A DNA stretch of 64,000 nucleotides from Auanema rhodensis (Eukaryota; Animalia; Nematoda): the NCBI GenBank assembly GCA_964057225.1, contig OZ059895.1, forward strand, positions 10,106,001 to 10,170,000, read 5' to 3'. This document shows, piece after piece, positions 11,001 through 21,121 of this stretch (the first letter of the stretch is position 1; each line of letters opens with the position of its first letter). A program made the translations under genes and the position numbers. Under the pieces are notes generated by a model. The model searched no databases and was not told the DNA's origin. It worked only from the letters and a program-made list of their open reading frames with translations.

Positions 11001-11367
11001 AGAATATCAACTTGTCATTTAATTCCAGAATTATTAACGTGGCATTGCCACGGATGTCTCCTTTTTCACCTTCTTCGATTTTTGTAAATTTTTTGTTTAA
11101 TTCTTTTTGGAGCTCTTCTTCTAAAAGCTCACAAACTCTTTGAAAATTTATTTCAATGGTTTCAATTGATTGGAGTTTATTCTCCAAAATATTCAAGTAA
11201 TTTTTAACTCTTGCACATTCATTCTCTTGCGCAATAATTTGATTTACCGGCTCAGACAATTCTGAGTAATCGGTCATTTTCTTATAGTTTTCAACTTTAG
11301 AATTCAGTTTATTCAAAAATTCTAATTCTCTCCCCATTTGGAGAATATATCTTTGAGCGGAGGACAT
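3535..11367 (-). CDS. Gag-Pol-Env polyprotein (2610 aa from first ATG)
   Basis: Uninterrupted ORF. Gag motif PTFDG..F..FW..F, knuckles CVFC/CYVC/CNSC, protease-position FDDCSQRSFI, RT LRIVFDAS..DIESAFLQI..RLPFG..YVDN (8473-8484), RNase H VFTDAS..TIPRLEL, integrase H..H..CTIC + SDNG + GGTWERLV, then glycoprotein. Confidence 0.96.
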   Translation of the reverse strand: MSSAQRYILQMGRELEFLNKLNSKVENYKKMTDYSELSEPVNQIIAQENECARVKNYLNILENKLQSIETIEINFQRVCELLEEELQKELNKKFTKIEEGEKGDIRGNATLIILELNDKLIFLKNLIDKNKEKIKDMEIQLELQQLRERVEYTEEKEYENCTNEVQEKQNSLPDQVVHDQHVNEVRLINQILQRPVLKTPTFDGTPEKFPLFWDRFMRMIDNNESFSISEKVNFLCESLSGEAEYLLRGIPGTEENYEFMKNCLKEEYSSYAVDTATLINKLNKVPKASRRADSCAQTLREIKALLRQIQAAGGSLTKELYVATVLNKFPFEIIKDIHIKQNFEWSHEKIIEHISAQVKLLQMTENTETLYLSNNEKRKNPDGDQTKKQFRLNEVKDLKQRRNCVFCANNSHNSHMCPVETTEKRKILREKRLCYVCFADNHQSKNCTWPKFKCNSCHDDHNISVCYQNKRNQNRNGVITNISLQRDNDEEKTRNNQTIIPKKAHEEPTSLTTIVGNHDVEKGQIILRTAKANLFNYNSDSYEKVNIIFDDCSQRSFIREDLAKRMKLPVKSKHKKTFHGIGGMKHSHVSSIVNTIFYTKEKNLIVTEMLTKPKISSHIYSPYLSRKDLSFIKENNIILAKTDTNGEVFEPDVLIGQDRLKLFVKDNEEFRLPSDLLCKGSVFGTLINGETKLEKIVTLCSIEEEQSHEPPPETKLKELFLIDTIGISTIVDNNAEAENYLKEYSKELSIKAGRIEAPFPFKNYLNKLKNNKWPAFHRFMTLWKNLHSNKEQLEWYKKLINEYIQKGIIEPIVDESAEDGFFLPHHGVWRKEKARPLRIVFDASAKQKNSPSLNQVMHSGQTFIHKIHDILIKCRKSPIIITCDIESAFLQISIKEEHRKYCKFFWIRNENESVNKYNVMTYQFKRLPFGITASPGILSMSLAWYLNNHTDPYASHLLDSLYVDNIILYANSVEEAKIKCEKAKKILQGISMNLREFMSNNPKVTEDMNNEDKYPHNTTKILGLNYDTKLDLFVLILKLKKFEINTHRNMLSQIHSIFDPLGMASPLILPLKLLLRESSDQFKGWDVELPQEITHKWNLVINELLNEKELRLERKLNLNDSILWVFTDASKLAIAACTYIETNGKISQLVSGKSKIAKKGNLTIPRLELIAILLGIMLADNITSTTNHLKTVHVASDSKVALHWIANHQKTLPPYVGCRVDNVRKYIDKLKENNIKIKLFHVNGDYNPADIGSRGACLQELSDSMWIKGPQWLTQTKSHIEEIEYEPIWNITTLIDTVEQQQITQIPVEDIFKLRSNNYTLLKTIVKVSKFLRHWIIKVHPTAITRLNKVMQLDENWQTTANDIEIITKLLISKAQQHVTIDLLTKKHEGFVFFLDEEIIRVRSRLNNSELPFETQNPIYLPRDSPYTEHIIMHLHRECMHQGRDFVLTLLRQKYFLNKPSSIVRSVLKTCTICNRYNALPFGTSLMPALPKDRVILTKPFMSTGCDLLGPITIKDGKKIFICLFTCLAIRAIHLEIVFDQSTKAFLNAFERFIGRRGIPEIIRSDNGGNFLLSAKVIEFYTENHESKNEKTLTNYLAEKNIKWYFNTPQAPWKGGTWERLVGLTKLALYKTIGNRLMSIDDIHTVIVKIETILNTRPLTHPNPSNLNILPIRPCDFLNRSIRFTLSSNVSNTRIYDKTINSRTIQTIEQAIEAIELSNDVTQLFWKKFYSEYLLYLRDIYKHNRKQPATNAKKPQEGEVIIIQNEDSSRGKWKLGRIIELIKSADGEVRSAKLITGTGLITTRSLNHIYPLEVRNAEAAPFASEPHSMRYNKKYQVNPFLITGTVTQKGNRVENIEIIENTQESEQSNNVIPLEIYTPNMNIINDAGDENDANNTNLEQEEDQTNEITLQTENESKPSNLNRWFRTKTQGSQAAVRSYFKKNKIKTNVPKVALLGIIPTIEATCQSSELLTAEALYFPQCNPLTTLITFFIPIILLFTILAICKRVLKAHKNDQYWYKFLNDNWQTIQTEVRSGKPNSKILTSSDDVAVQKENTVATKIDNVTPKWKNDIPETIKIPNYMRTSSFTSLQLSIALMVLLITVESCSNSHIKHSINIICINRTNCYQEYDNEINFNKGIRDACLEFIYQNKSIGKIEITKKPTEYICQKSTLYYTRESTIQYKTRYSCYGTGSCNHTCEAINPIGQLQEFDKEEGPTQVGCARRCGSLFCGCWSLEDGCSFYQTEFKPINEIVYEIVECDSWEMNIPLEVKYDLFKHKANINILLKPYDTVNFPNFNISSISHIVPPTRYLNTKYALSTINSYYMEPHTMSEVACKTKDQTTNEFNSCKILKLCNCKISKREELTCTCPSDNIFNQANLLPMNTKNTLITMKENKLTLIPQTDESTVVLQLQGNVSSRTFLYDFPCRPEFKKLSGCHSCRRTAVAEFMCISQKDSWITMQCSENIYMIECAPHMPLTAVEYYSEHSEIYEECFVTCANEKHRVIIQGTLQWDSKIPDVEKTIINIVTNANTWRNILDVIKTNWALSLCFLLITVFIPVLSYIIGVQAIIVIIIIIQKLIVQMIKIVMIITSLLRKMLRNPRHRAESSTNKN

Positions 11368-11595
11368 TATTTTAGCCTTCCTCAATGGATATTTCAGATT
11401 CAGCGATATTTTTATCGTCTTATTGTTTCTTGACAAGTGATTTCTTGTCAACTCGGATTTTCTACGAGTTCTTCGGAATTTTATTTCTCCGGCGGTTCTA
11501 TATAACCTTTAACACAATGTTCTTCGGAATTTATTTTTCCGGCGGTTCTATATAACCTTTGTTTTAAACTTTCCTTATCAGTAAGCAACTGAAAT

Positions 11596-11613
11596 ATCCT
11601 GCCGTGGTCGCCA
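11596..11613 (-). promoter_or_regulatory. Primer binding site, tRNA-Arg
   Basis: Minus strand TGGCGACCACGGCAGGAT starts 2 nt after the 5' LTR and is complementary to the tRNA-Arg 3' end ...ATCCTGCCGTGGTCGCCA (recalled sequence). Confidence 0.85.
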
Positions 11614-11615
11614 AA

Positions 11616-11945
11616 TGTCGTTTGACAACTGGACTATTACCTCCAAGTATCAGTCCAAGTATGGAGTCGGTTCGTATGAGTGCGGTATTATGCGTTAAGA
11701 CAAGTTAAATGAAGAAAGGTTTATTCAACAAAATGCAACAATAGTAAATTGAACAAGTGGATTGATTTAAGAATTTCCAAGAAATTCCTAAAATCAAAAC
11801 AAAATTGGTGAGACATAAAAATTTTAACCATTTGGTTCTCCCTTTTATAGGGAGGCACCAGATGGTTAAAGGGGGTGGAGTTAATACAAAAAATACAACA
11901 AAACGTTAACACAATAAAGTTCGTATTTTCACGTTGACCGTGACA
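11616..11945 (-). repeat. 5' LTR (330 bp)
   Basis: TGTCA...CGACA on the minus strand, TATA-like CTATAAAAG at 11842-11850, and AATAAA at 11720-11725. Confidence 0.96.
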
Positions 11946-12001
11946 GGGCCCGGTTAGTACTTGGATCGGAGACGGCTTGGGAATCCCGGGTGCCGTAAGC
12001 T
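11946..12001 (+). pseudogene. 5S rRNA gene, 3' half (nt 64-119)
   Basis: GGGCCCGGTTAGTAC...GTAAGCT resumes right after the LTR, with GGGCC duplicated. Confidence 0.95.
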
Positions 12002-13210
12002 TTTCAAATTTTTTTAACGATCATAACACGTTGAAAGTACGCCATACAGCTGATTTTCAATTTTATCTCTTCTGTAACAAATTTTTTCAATTTTTAAGCA
12101 GTTTTACTTGGATAGCTCAACCGAAGCAGAGCAAAATATCTACAATCTTATTTCTATATTACAGTTATAAACCAGTAGTTATTGAACCTTCATCTTAACT
12201 TTACTGTTTCTATCTATTTCCTATCGAAACAAACATTGTTTAAACACTATGCAACTGTGAAACCTCTTCAATTTATTGCATTTGGAGCTCATAAGATTTG
12301 ATATCATCGAGGGATCCTGATGGAACGTGGAAAATTACATAACTAACATGAAATTGGAAAAAAAACTAAAACGAGGATAAGTATGTTAACCATTGAATAT
12401 CAGATATTTTCGCTTACGACCATACTACGTTAAACGTACGCCATACAGCTGATTTTTAATTTTATCTCTTCCGTAACAAATGTTTTCAATTTTCAAGCCT
12501 TTTTACTTAGATAGCTCAACCAAAGGAGAGCAAATTATCTTCATTCTTATTTCTATATTACAGTTATAAACCAGTAGTTATTGAACCTTCATCTTAACTT
12601 TACTGTTTCTATCTATTTCCTATCGGAACAAACATTGTTTAAACACTATGCAACTTTGAAACCCTTTTTAATTTATTGTTTTTGGAGCTCATAAGATTTG
12701 ATATCATCGAGGGATCCTGATGGAACGTGGAAAATTACATAACTAACATTAAGTTGGAAAAAAAACTGAAACGAGGATAAGTATGTTAACCATTGAATAT
12801 CAGATATTTTCGCTTACGACCATACCACGTTAAAAGTACGCCATACAGCTGATTTTTAATTTTATCTCTTCCGTAACAAATGTTTTCAATTTTCAAGCAT
12901 TTTAACTTAGATAGCTCAACCAAACGAGAGCAAATTATCTTCAATCTTATTTCTATATTGCAGTTATGAACCAGTAGGTAATGAACCTTCGTCTTGACTT
13001 CACTGTTTTTATCTTTTTCCTATCGAAACTAACATTGTTTAAACACTATGCAACTGTGAAACCTTTTTTAATTTATTGTATTTGGAGCTCATAAGATTTG
13101 ATATCATCGAGGGATCCTGATGGAACGTGGAAAATTACATAACTAACATGAGATTGCAAAAAAACTAAAACGAGGATAAGTATGTTAACTATTGAATATC
13201 AGATATTTTC

Positions 13211-13329
13211 GCTTATGACCATACCACGTTGAAAGTACGCCATCCCGTCCGATCTGGCAAGTCAAGCAACGTTGGGCCCGGTTAGTACTTGGATCGGAGA
13301 CGGCTTGGGAATCCCGGGTGCCGTAAGCT
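13211..13329 (+). rRNA. 5S rRNA gene (C6T variant)
   Basis: Same as 740-858 except GCTTAT. Confidence 0.92.
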
Positions 13330-14935
13330 TTTCAAATTTTTTTAACGATCATAACACGTTGAAAGTACGCCATACAGCTGATTTTCAATTTTATCTCTTC
13401 TGTAACAAATTTTTTCAATTTTTAAGCAGTTTTACTTGGATAGCTCAACCGAAGCAGAGCAAAATATCTACAATCTTATTTCTATATTACAGTTATAAAC
13501 CAGTAGTTATTGAACCTTCATCTTAACTTTACTGTTTCTATCTATTTCCTATCGAAACAAACATTGTTTAAACACTATGCAACTGTGAAACCTCTTCAAT
13601 TTATTGCATTTGGAGCTCATAAGATTTGATATCATCGAGGGATCCTGATGGAACGTGGAAAATTACATAACTAACATGAAATTGGAAAAAAAACTAAAAC
13701 GAGGATAAGTATGTTAACCATTGAATATCAGATATTTTCGCTTACGACCATACTACGTTAAACGTACGCCATACAGCTGATTTTTAATTTTATCTCTTCC
13801 GTAACAAATGTTTTCAATTTTCAAGCATTTTTACTTAGATAGCTCAACCAAACGAGAGCAAATTATCTTCAATCTTATTTCTATATTGCAGTTATGAACC
13901 AGTAGGTAATGAACCTTCGTCTTGACTTCACTGTTTTTATCTTTTTCCTATCGAAACTAACATTGTTTAAACACTATGCAACTGTGAAACCTTTTTTAAT
14001 TTATTGTATTTGGAGCTCATAAGATTTGATATCATCGAGGGATCCTGATGGAACGTGGAAAATTACATAACTAACATGAGATTGCAAAAAAACTAAAACG
14101 AGGATAAGTATGTTAACTATTGAATGTCAGATATTTTCGCTTACGACCATACCACGTTAAAAGTACGCCACACAGCTGATTTTTAATTTTATCTCCGTAA
14201 CAAATGTTTTCAATTTTCAAGCATTTTAACTTAGATAGCTCAACCAAAGGAAAGCAAATTATCTTCAATCTTATTTCTATATTACAGTTATAAACCAGTA
14301 GTTATTGAACCTTCGTCTAGACTTTAGTGTTTTTATCTATTTCCTATCAAAACAAACATTGTTTAAACACTATACAACTATGAAAACTTTTTTAATTTAT
14401 TGTATTTGGAGCTCATAAGATTTGATATCATCGAGGGATCCTGATGGAACGTGGAAAATTACATAACTAACATAAAATTTGAAAAAAAACTAAAACGAGG
14501 ATAAATAGGTAAACCATTGAATATCAGATATTTTCGCTTACGACCATACCACGTTGAAAGTACGCCATACAGCTGATTTTTAATTTTATCTCTTCCGTAA
14601 CAAATGTTTTCAATTTTCAAGCATTTTTACTTAGATAGCTCAACCAAAGGAGAGCAAATTATCTTCAATCTTATTTCTATATTACAGTTATAAACCAGTA
14701 GTTATTAAACCTTCATCTTAACTTTACTGTTTCTATCTATTTCCTATCGAAACAAACATTGTTTAAACACTATGCAACTTTGAAACCCTTTTTAATTTAT
14801 TGTTTTTGGAGCTCATAAGATTTGATATCATCGAGGGATCCTGTCGGAACGTGGAAAATTACATAACTAACATTAAATTGGAAAAAAAACTAAAACGAGG
14901 ATAAGTATGTTAACCATTGACAATCAGATATTTTC

Positions 14936-15054
14936 GCTTACGACCATACCACGTTGAAAGTAAGCCATCCCGTCCGATCTAGCAAGTCAAGCAACGTTGG
15001 GCCCGGTTAGTACTTGGATCGGAGACGGCTTGGGAATCCCGGGTGCCGTAAGCT
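14936..15054 (+). rRNA. 5S rRNA gene (two substitutions)
   Basis: Same as 740-858 except GTAAGCC and ATCTAGC. Confidence 0.88.
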
Positions 15055-16264
15055 TTTCAAATTTTTTTAACGATCATAACACGTTGAAAGTACGCCATAC
15101 AGCTGATTTTCAATTTTATCTCTTCTGTAACAAATTTTTTCAACTTTTAAGCAGTTTTACTTGGATAGCTCAACCGAAGCAGAGCAAAATATCTACAATC
15201 TAATTTCTATATTACAGTTATAAACCAGTAGTTATTGAACCTTCTTCTTAACTTTACTGTTTCTATCTATTTCCTATCGAAACAAACATTGTTTAAACAC
15301 TATGCAACTGTGAAACCTCTTCAATTTATTGCATTTGGAGCTCATAAGATTTGATATCATCGAGGGATCCTGATGGAACGTGGAAAATTACATAACTAAC
15401 ATGAAATTGGAAAAAAAACTAAAACGAGGATAAGTATGTTAACCATTGAATATCAGATATTTTCGCTTACGACCATACTACGTTAAACGTACGCCATACA
15501 GCTGATTTTTAATTTTATCTCTTCCGTAACAAATGTTTTCAATTTTCAAGCATTTTTACTTAGATAGCTCAACCAAAGGAGAGCAAATTATCTTCATTCT
15601 TATTTCTATATTACAGTTATAAACCAGTAGTTAATGAACCTTCATCTTAACTTTACTGTTTCTATCTATTTCCTATCGAAACAAACATTGTTTAAACACT
15701 ATGCAACTTTGAAACCCTTTTTAATTTATTGTTTTTGGAGCTCATAAGATTTGATATCATCGAGGGATCCTGATGGAACGTGGAAAATTACATAACTAAC
15801 ATCAAATTGGAAAAAAAACTGAAACGAGGATAAGTATGTTAACCATTGAATATCAGATATTTTCGCTTACGACCATACCACGTTAAAAGTACGCCATACA
15901 GCTGATTTTTAATTTTATCTCTTCCGTAACAAATGTTTTCAATTTTCAAGCATTTTAACTTAGATAGCTCAACCAAACGAGAGCAAATTATCTTCAATCT
16001 TATTTCTATATTGCAGTTATGAACCAGTAGGTAATGAACCTTCGTCTTGACTTCACTGTTTTTATCTTTTTCCTATCGAAACTAACATTGTTTAAACACT
16101 ATGCAACTGTGAAACCTTTTTTAATTTATTGTATTTGGAGCTCATAAGATTTGATATCATCGAGGGATCCTGATGGAACGTGGAAAATTACATAACTAAC
16201 ATAAAATTTGAAAAAAAACTATAACGAGGATAAGTAGGTAAACCATTGAATATCAGATATTTTC

Positions 16265-16383
16265 GCTTACGACCATACCACGTTGAAAGTACGCCATCCC
16301 GTCCGATCTGGCAAGTCAAGCAACGTTGGGCCCGGTTAGTACTTGGATCGGAGACGGCTTGGGAATCCCGGGTGCCGTAAGCT
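16265..16383 (+). rRNA. 5S rRNA gene, full length
   Basis: Identical to 740-858. Confidence 0.96.
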
Positions 16384-18334
16384 TTTCAAATTTTTTTAAC
16401 GATCATAACACGTTGAAAGTACGCCATACAGCTGATTTTCAATTTTATCTCTTCTGTAACAAATTTTTTCAATTTTTAAGCAGTTTTACTTGGATAGCTC
16501 AACCGAAGCAGAGCAAAATATCTACAATCTTATTTCTATATTACAGTTATAAACCAGTAGTTATTGAACCTTCATCTTAACTTTACTGTTTCTATCTATT
16601 TCCTATCGAAACAAACATTGTTTAAACACTATGCAACTTTGAAACCCTTTTTAATTTATTGTTTTTGGAGCTCATAAGATTTGATATCATCGAGGGATCC
16701 TGAAGGAACGTGGAAAATTACATAACTAACATAAAATTTGAAAAAAAACTATAACGAGGATAAGTATGTTAACTATTGAATGTCAGATAATTTCGCTTAC
16801 GACCATACCACGTTAAAAGTACGCCACACAGCTGATTTTTAATTTTATCTCCGTAACAAATGTTTTCAATTTTCAAGCATTTTAACTTAGATAGCTCAAC
16901 CAAAGGAAAGCAAACTATCTTCAATCTTATTTCTATATTACAGTTATAAACCAGTAGTTATTGAACCTTCGTCTAGACTTTACTGTTTTTATCTATTTCC
17001 TATCAAAACAAACATTGTTTAAACACTATACAACTATGAAAACTTTTTTAATTTATTGTATTTGGAGCTCATAAGATTTGATATCATCGAGGGATCCTGA
17101 TGGAACGTGGAAAATTACATAACTAACATAAAATTTGAAAAAAAACTAAAACGAGGATAAGTAGGTAAACCATTGAATATCAGATATTTTCGCTTACGAC
17201 CATACCACGTTGAAAGTACGCCATACAGCTGATTTTTAATTTTATCTCTTCTGTAACAAATGTTTTCAATTTTCAAGTATTTTAACTTAGATAGCTCAAC
17301 CAAACGAGAGCAAATTATCTTCAATCTTATTTCTATATTACAGTTATAAACCAGTAGTTATTGAACCTTCATCTTAACTTTACTGTTTTTATCTATTTCC
17401 TATCGTAACAAACATTGTTTGAACACTATGCAATTTTGAAACCTCTTCAATATATTGCATTTGGAGCTCATAAAATTTGATATTATCGAGGGTTCCAGAT
17501 GGAACGTGGAAAATTACATAACTAACATAAAATTGGAAAAAAAACTATAACGAGGATAAGTAGGTAAACCATTTAATATCAGATATTTTTGCTTACGACC
17601 ATACCACGTTCAAAGTACTCCATGCAGCTGATTTTCAATTTTATCTTTTAAGTAACAAATGTTTTCAATTTTCAAGCAGTTTTATTTAAATAGCTCAACC
17701 AAAGGAGAGCAAATTATCTTCAATCTTATTTCTATATCACAGTTATAAACCAGTAGGTAATGAACCTTCGTCTTGACTTTACTGTTTTTATATATTTCCT
17801 ATCAAAACAAACATTGTTTAAACACTATACAACTATGAAACCTTTTTTAATTCATTGTATTTGGAGCTCATAAGATTTGATATCATCGAGGGATCCTGAC
17901 GGAACGTGGAAAATTACATAACTGACATGAAATTGAAAAAAAAACTAAAACGAGTATAAGTATGTTAACCATTGAATATCAGATATTTTCTCTTACGACC
18001 ATACTACGTTGAAAGTACGCCATACAGCTGAATTTCAATTTTATCTTTTCCGTAACAAATGTTTCCAATTTTCAAGCAGTTTTACTTAGATAGCTCAACC
18101 AAAGGAAAGCAAATTATCTTCAATCTTATTTCTATATTACAGTTAAAAAGCAGTAGTTAATGAACCTTCATCTTACCTTCACTTTTTCTATCTATGTCCT
18201 ATCAAAATAAACATTGTTTAATCACTATATATTTGTGAAATCTTTTTTATTTTATTGAATTTGGAACTCATAAGATTTGATATCATTGATGAATCCAGAT
18301 GGAACGTGGAAAATTACATAACTAACATGGAATT

Positions 18335-20570
18335 TGTAACATACATGTCTCAAAGGAAAGCAGCTGACCATGGCAGCTGCTATTATAAAACTAATGCAGA
18401 TAGTTTTAAGACATTCTGAGAATATTCTAGATGTTTTTTTTATAAGCTTTCTAACATTTTGTGTGAACTGAGTGGGAGTTGCATGGATATATAAACCTGA
18501 GTCTTCAACACTCAGGCATCTCATTTTCTCTTTATCTCATCATCATCTCTTCATCTTCTCTTTCTTTTCTAGCTTAAATCTTTGTATAATTATATCATAA
18601 TGCAAACAATAAACCTTTATATGTTTTATCTCTTCTTTCTTATTTCCCCATACATTATACACTTATAGTTTAAATCATACTCAACCTCTCATAGTCTGTT
18701 TGGACTTCTCAACTTAAAACCATTAAGAATCTAAATAGAACGTGGAGGTTTCACCGAGATCCTTCCATTTGGACAGGATCTCGTAAAGAAACTCAAGCGC
18801 TACCTTCTACAACTCTTATTCAATTAAAAATCTTTTCTCTCTAAAACAGTTAGCTTATAATATTTTTATTAAAAAATTCTAAAACTTTTCTACTAAAAAT
18901 TATATCCAAAAACTCAGTTTTCTATTCATTATGTTATTCTCATAAATCATTTTCATTTATTCATAAAAGTACCTATTTATCATTCTCTCTACCCAAAATC
19001 CTAGATACGAAAAATTATTCAAATTCAATAAATAACTTTTCAAAGAATTATCAGTTTATTTTCACATTTTTTTGAACAAATATAGTTAATTTCTTTATAA
19101 AATTATTTTCGAATTAAGAAATAAAAAGGAATATTGATTCTATACCTCTCAATTTTGATCATCTTATCATACTATCTTTTTATTTTCTTTATGTTCGTTC
19201 ATAAAACTATTATTCTACTACACTGTATTCTCATAAACCCACCCCTTCGCCTCCCATAATTTAATAAGCAAGAAATCCCGTGTTAAACACGACAGCAAAA
19301 ATTTTTATTAGGCGCAGCGTTTCCGAATTCCGATTACCTTAGCACCTGAAAAAGGCGAAAAATAATTAAATTAATCAATAAGTTTTAAACACCCGCAGTA
19401 AGCTCATCCCCACCCCTACTAAACTCACCTTCATCCATTGATCATTCTACATCTGGGCATTCTCTATCTCCGTCTCTTCCATCGCAAACTAATCAAGCAA
19501 ATACTTTTGTTGCAGAAAACCAGAGAACTAACCCAAGAATGGACCCAATGGACGAAGGCGCTCCACTTACGCAAACCTCGGGAAGGGCACCTGTTCTAAC
19601 ACCTACAATCATTCCTCAACCAGCAGCGATTCGGTCCGCCATACGCGATATAAAAGCTTCACGCTACGATGGAAAAACACCATTCAACCGCTATTTACTA
19701 TACCTAGACGAACACTTCAACAGGTAGTGGAACTCTAATCTCCTTCAACTCAACCTCAATCTTAGGACGATCAAGAAGACATGCAATCACGGAATACCCT
19801 AAAGGATTCTCGACAGTTCATCAATACCCCTAGCTAAGATATTCAGCTAGCAAAACTGGAACTATTCTACTATATACAACCTATATTCAACGGAAAAGAC
19901 TTGACATCCATTACATCCTCAATAACATAACAAATATGTTACCTAAATATATCGCAATCTTCAACTACCTAGGTATAAATTTTGATGTTATCTAAAATCG
20001 TCTTATATGGCACAAATATGAAGACGTCAATATAGCCATTCTACACGCCCTAAGAGAAGCAGAAATAAGAGAAGCAACAAAAATTGCGATCGATAATCTA
20101 TCGTATAAGGAACTTACGCATAAACTTAGCAAACGGACCACAATTAAGGATTTTAAGAAGACATTACCAACCAAAACAGGAGTACTATGAAATCGCAAAA
20201 GAAATTGCTTACTCACTTGCGGAAATACCTACTACGTTAGCTACAGAAGAAACAACATCATCTTTAGAAGAATACTTATATCAACTCATGCCACCAAGAA
20301 AACCAAGACTCAGCAAGACACGAAACGATTTAGAATTGTACGAACAACTAGCACAAGCAAAAATATTCCTGAACGCAATAAACAATCCAAAGAAGCTACA
20401 TTAAAAAAAAGAATACAAAGCAGAAATGAAGAAATGGATCAAATATGAAAAAGAACTAAACTTACAACCATTACAACTGCCAAACTACACAGTTATCTTC
20501 AATGGCGACGATATACATATTCTATGGTTTCCGGAAAAGAAATCCTACAAATTATAACATTACACAAGAG
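18335..20570 (+). mobile_element. Degenerate Ty3/gypsy-like LTR element, copy 1 (5' LTR ~18335-18742, deleted gag/env)
   Basis: TGTAAC start interrupts the satellite. TATATAAA and AATAAA precede the PBS, and there is a deletion junction at ~19721. The right boundary is approximate. Confidence 0.75.
18743..18760 (+). promoter_or_regulatory. Primer binding site, tRNA-Gln (also at 22602-22619 and 27888-27905)
   Basis: TGGAGGTTTCACCGAGAT matches the complement of the tRNA-Gln 3' end (TGGAGGTTCCACCGAGAT, recalled) at 17/18. Confidence 0.75.
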
Positions 20571-20574
20571 AATA

Positions 20575-20878
20575 GTGAAAAATTTTTAACTAGAAAATAT
20601 CTTTCTTGCCCTGCAACAAGTTCGGAAGTTGAGAGAGTTTTTAGCGGTAGCGGCTTAATTTTAAATGACTTGAAATCGTCTATGTCCGACTCAACGCTTT
20701 CAATGTTAACATTTTTGAAATGTAACATTCCTTTGTTTGATTACAAATAAAATGTTCTGAGAAATCGCCTTGACAACGTATGTCTCTAAAAGAGGTCCGG
20801 GTCCGGTCCGGGATCCGCTCGGGTATTGCCTCAAAAAATGCGGCCCGGTCCGAAAAATTCTCGGTCCGAGCAGCCCTG
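20575..20878 (+). mobile_element. hAT DNA transposon 3' end (dimerisation domain + terminus)
   Basis: RKYLSCPATSSEVERVFSGSG...LTFLKCN is the hAT C-terminal motif. Subterminal GGTCCG repeats are present and the segment ends GCAGCCCTG (CAGGG-type TIR). Confidence 0.85.
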
Positions 20879-21121
20879 ATGCGTATCAATTGTATTTTTC
20901 CAGAAGTAATAAGGATGTGAACTATTGATACCAAGTGTGTCATATCTATCAATTTCCTTCAAAAATTGTAGTATTATTAAAAAAAGAGGAATCATTAATT
21001 TCTAACCGATTCTTCTATGTTTTGCGATATTGTGCTACTGGTCCATTCTTCAGAAATATTGTAGCTTGATTTTGTTGTATTTATGTTAACTGGTATTGGC
21101 CCTAGTTCATTTTGAATTTGT

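Larger units (their letters stand above)
1738..11945 (-). mobile_element. Full-length BEL/Pao (Belpaoviridae-type) LTR retrotransposon / endogenous virus with env
   Basis: Two 330-bp TG...CA LTRs, a 5-bp TSD GGGCC (1733-1737 and 11946-11950), a tRNA PBS, and a single ORF ordered Gag(3 Zn knuckles)-PR-RT(YVDN)-RNaseH(FTDAS)-IN-Env. Confidence 0.97.
12002..18334 (+). repeat. 5S rDNA / 5S-derived satellite array, continuation
   Basis: ~400-bp units interleaved with three 530-bp 5S-bearing units. Units diverge more beyond ~17.3 kb. Confidence 0.95.

Noticed and set aside
11630-11945. Short LTR matches to 5S (TACTTGGA twice, ACGTGAAAATACG) suggesting Cassandra-like 5S capture
   Set aside because: Only 8-13 nt, scattered, and compatible with chance. 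There is no contiguous 5S segment in the LTR.
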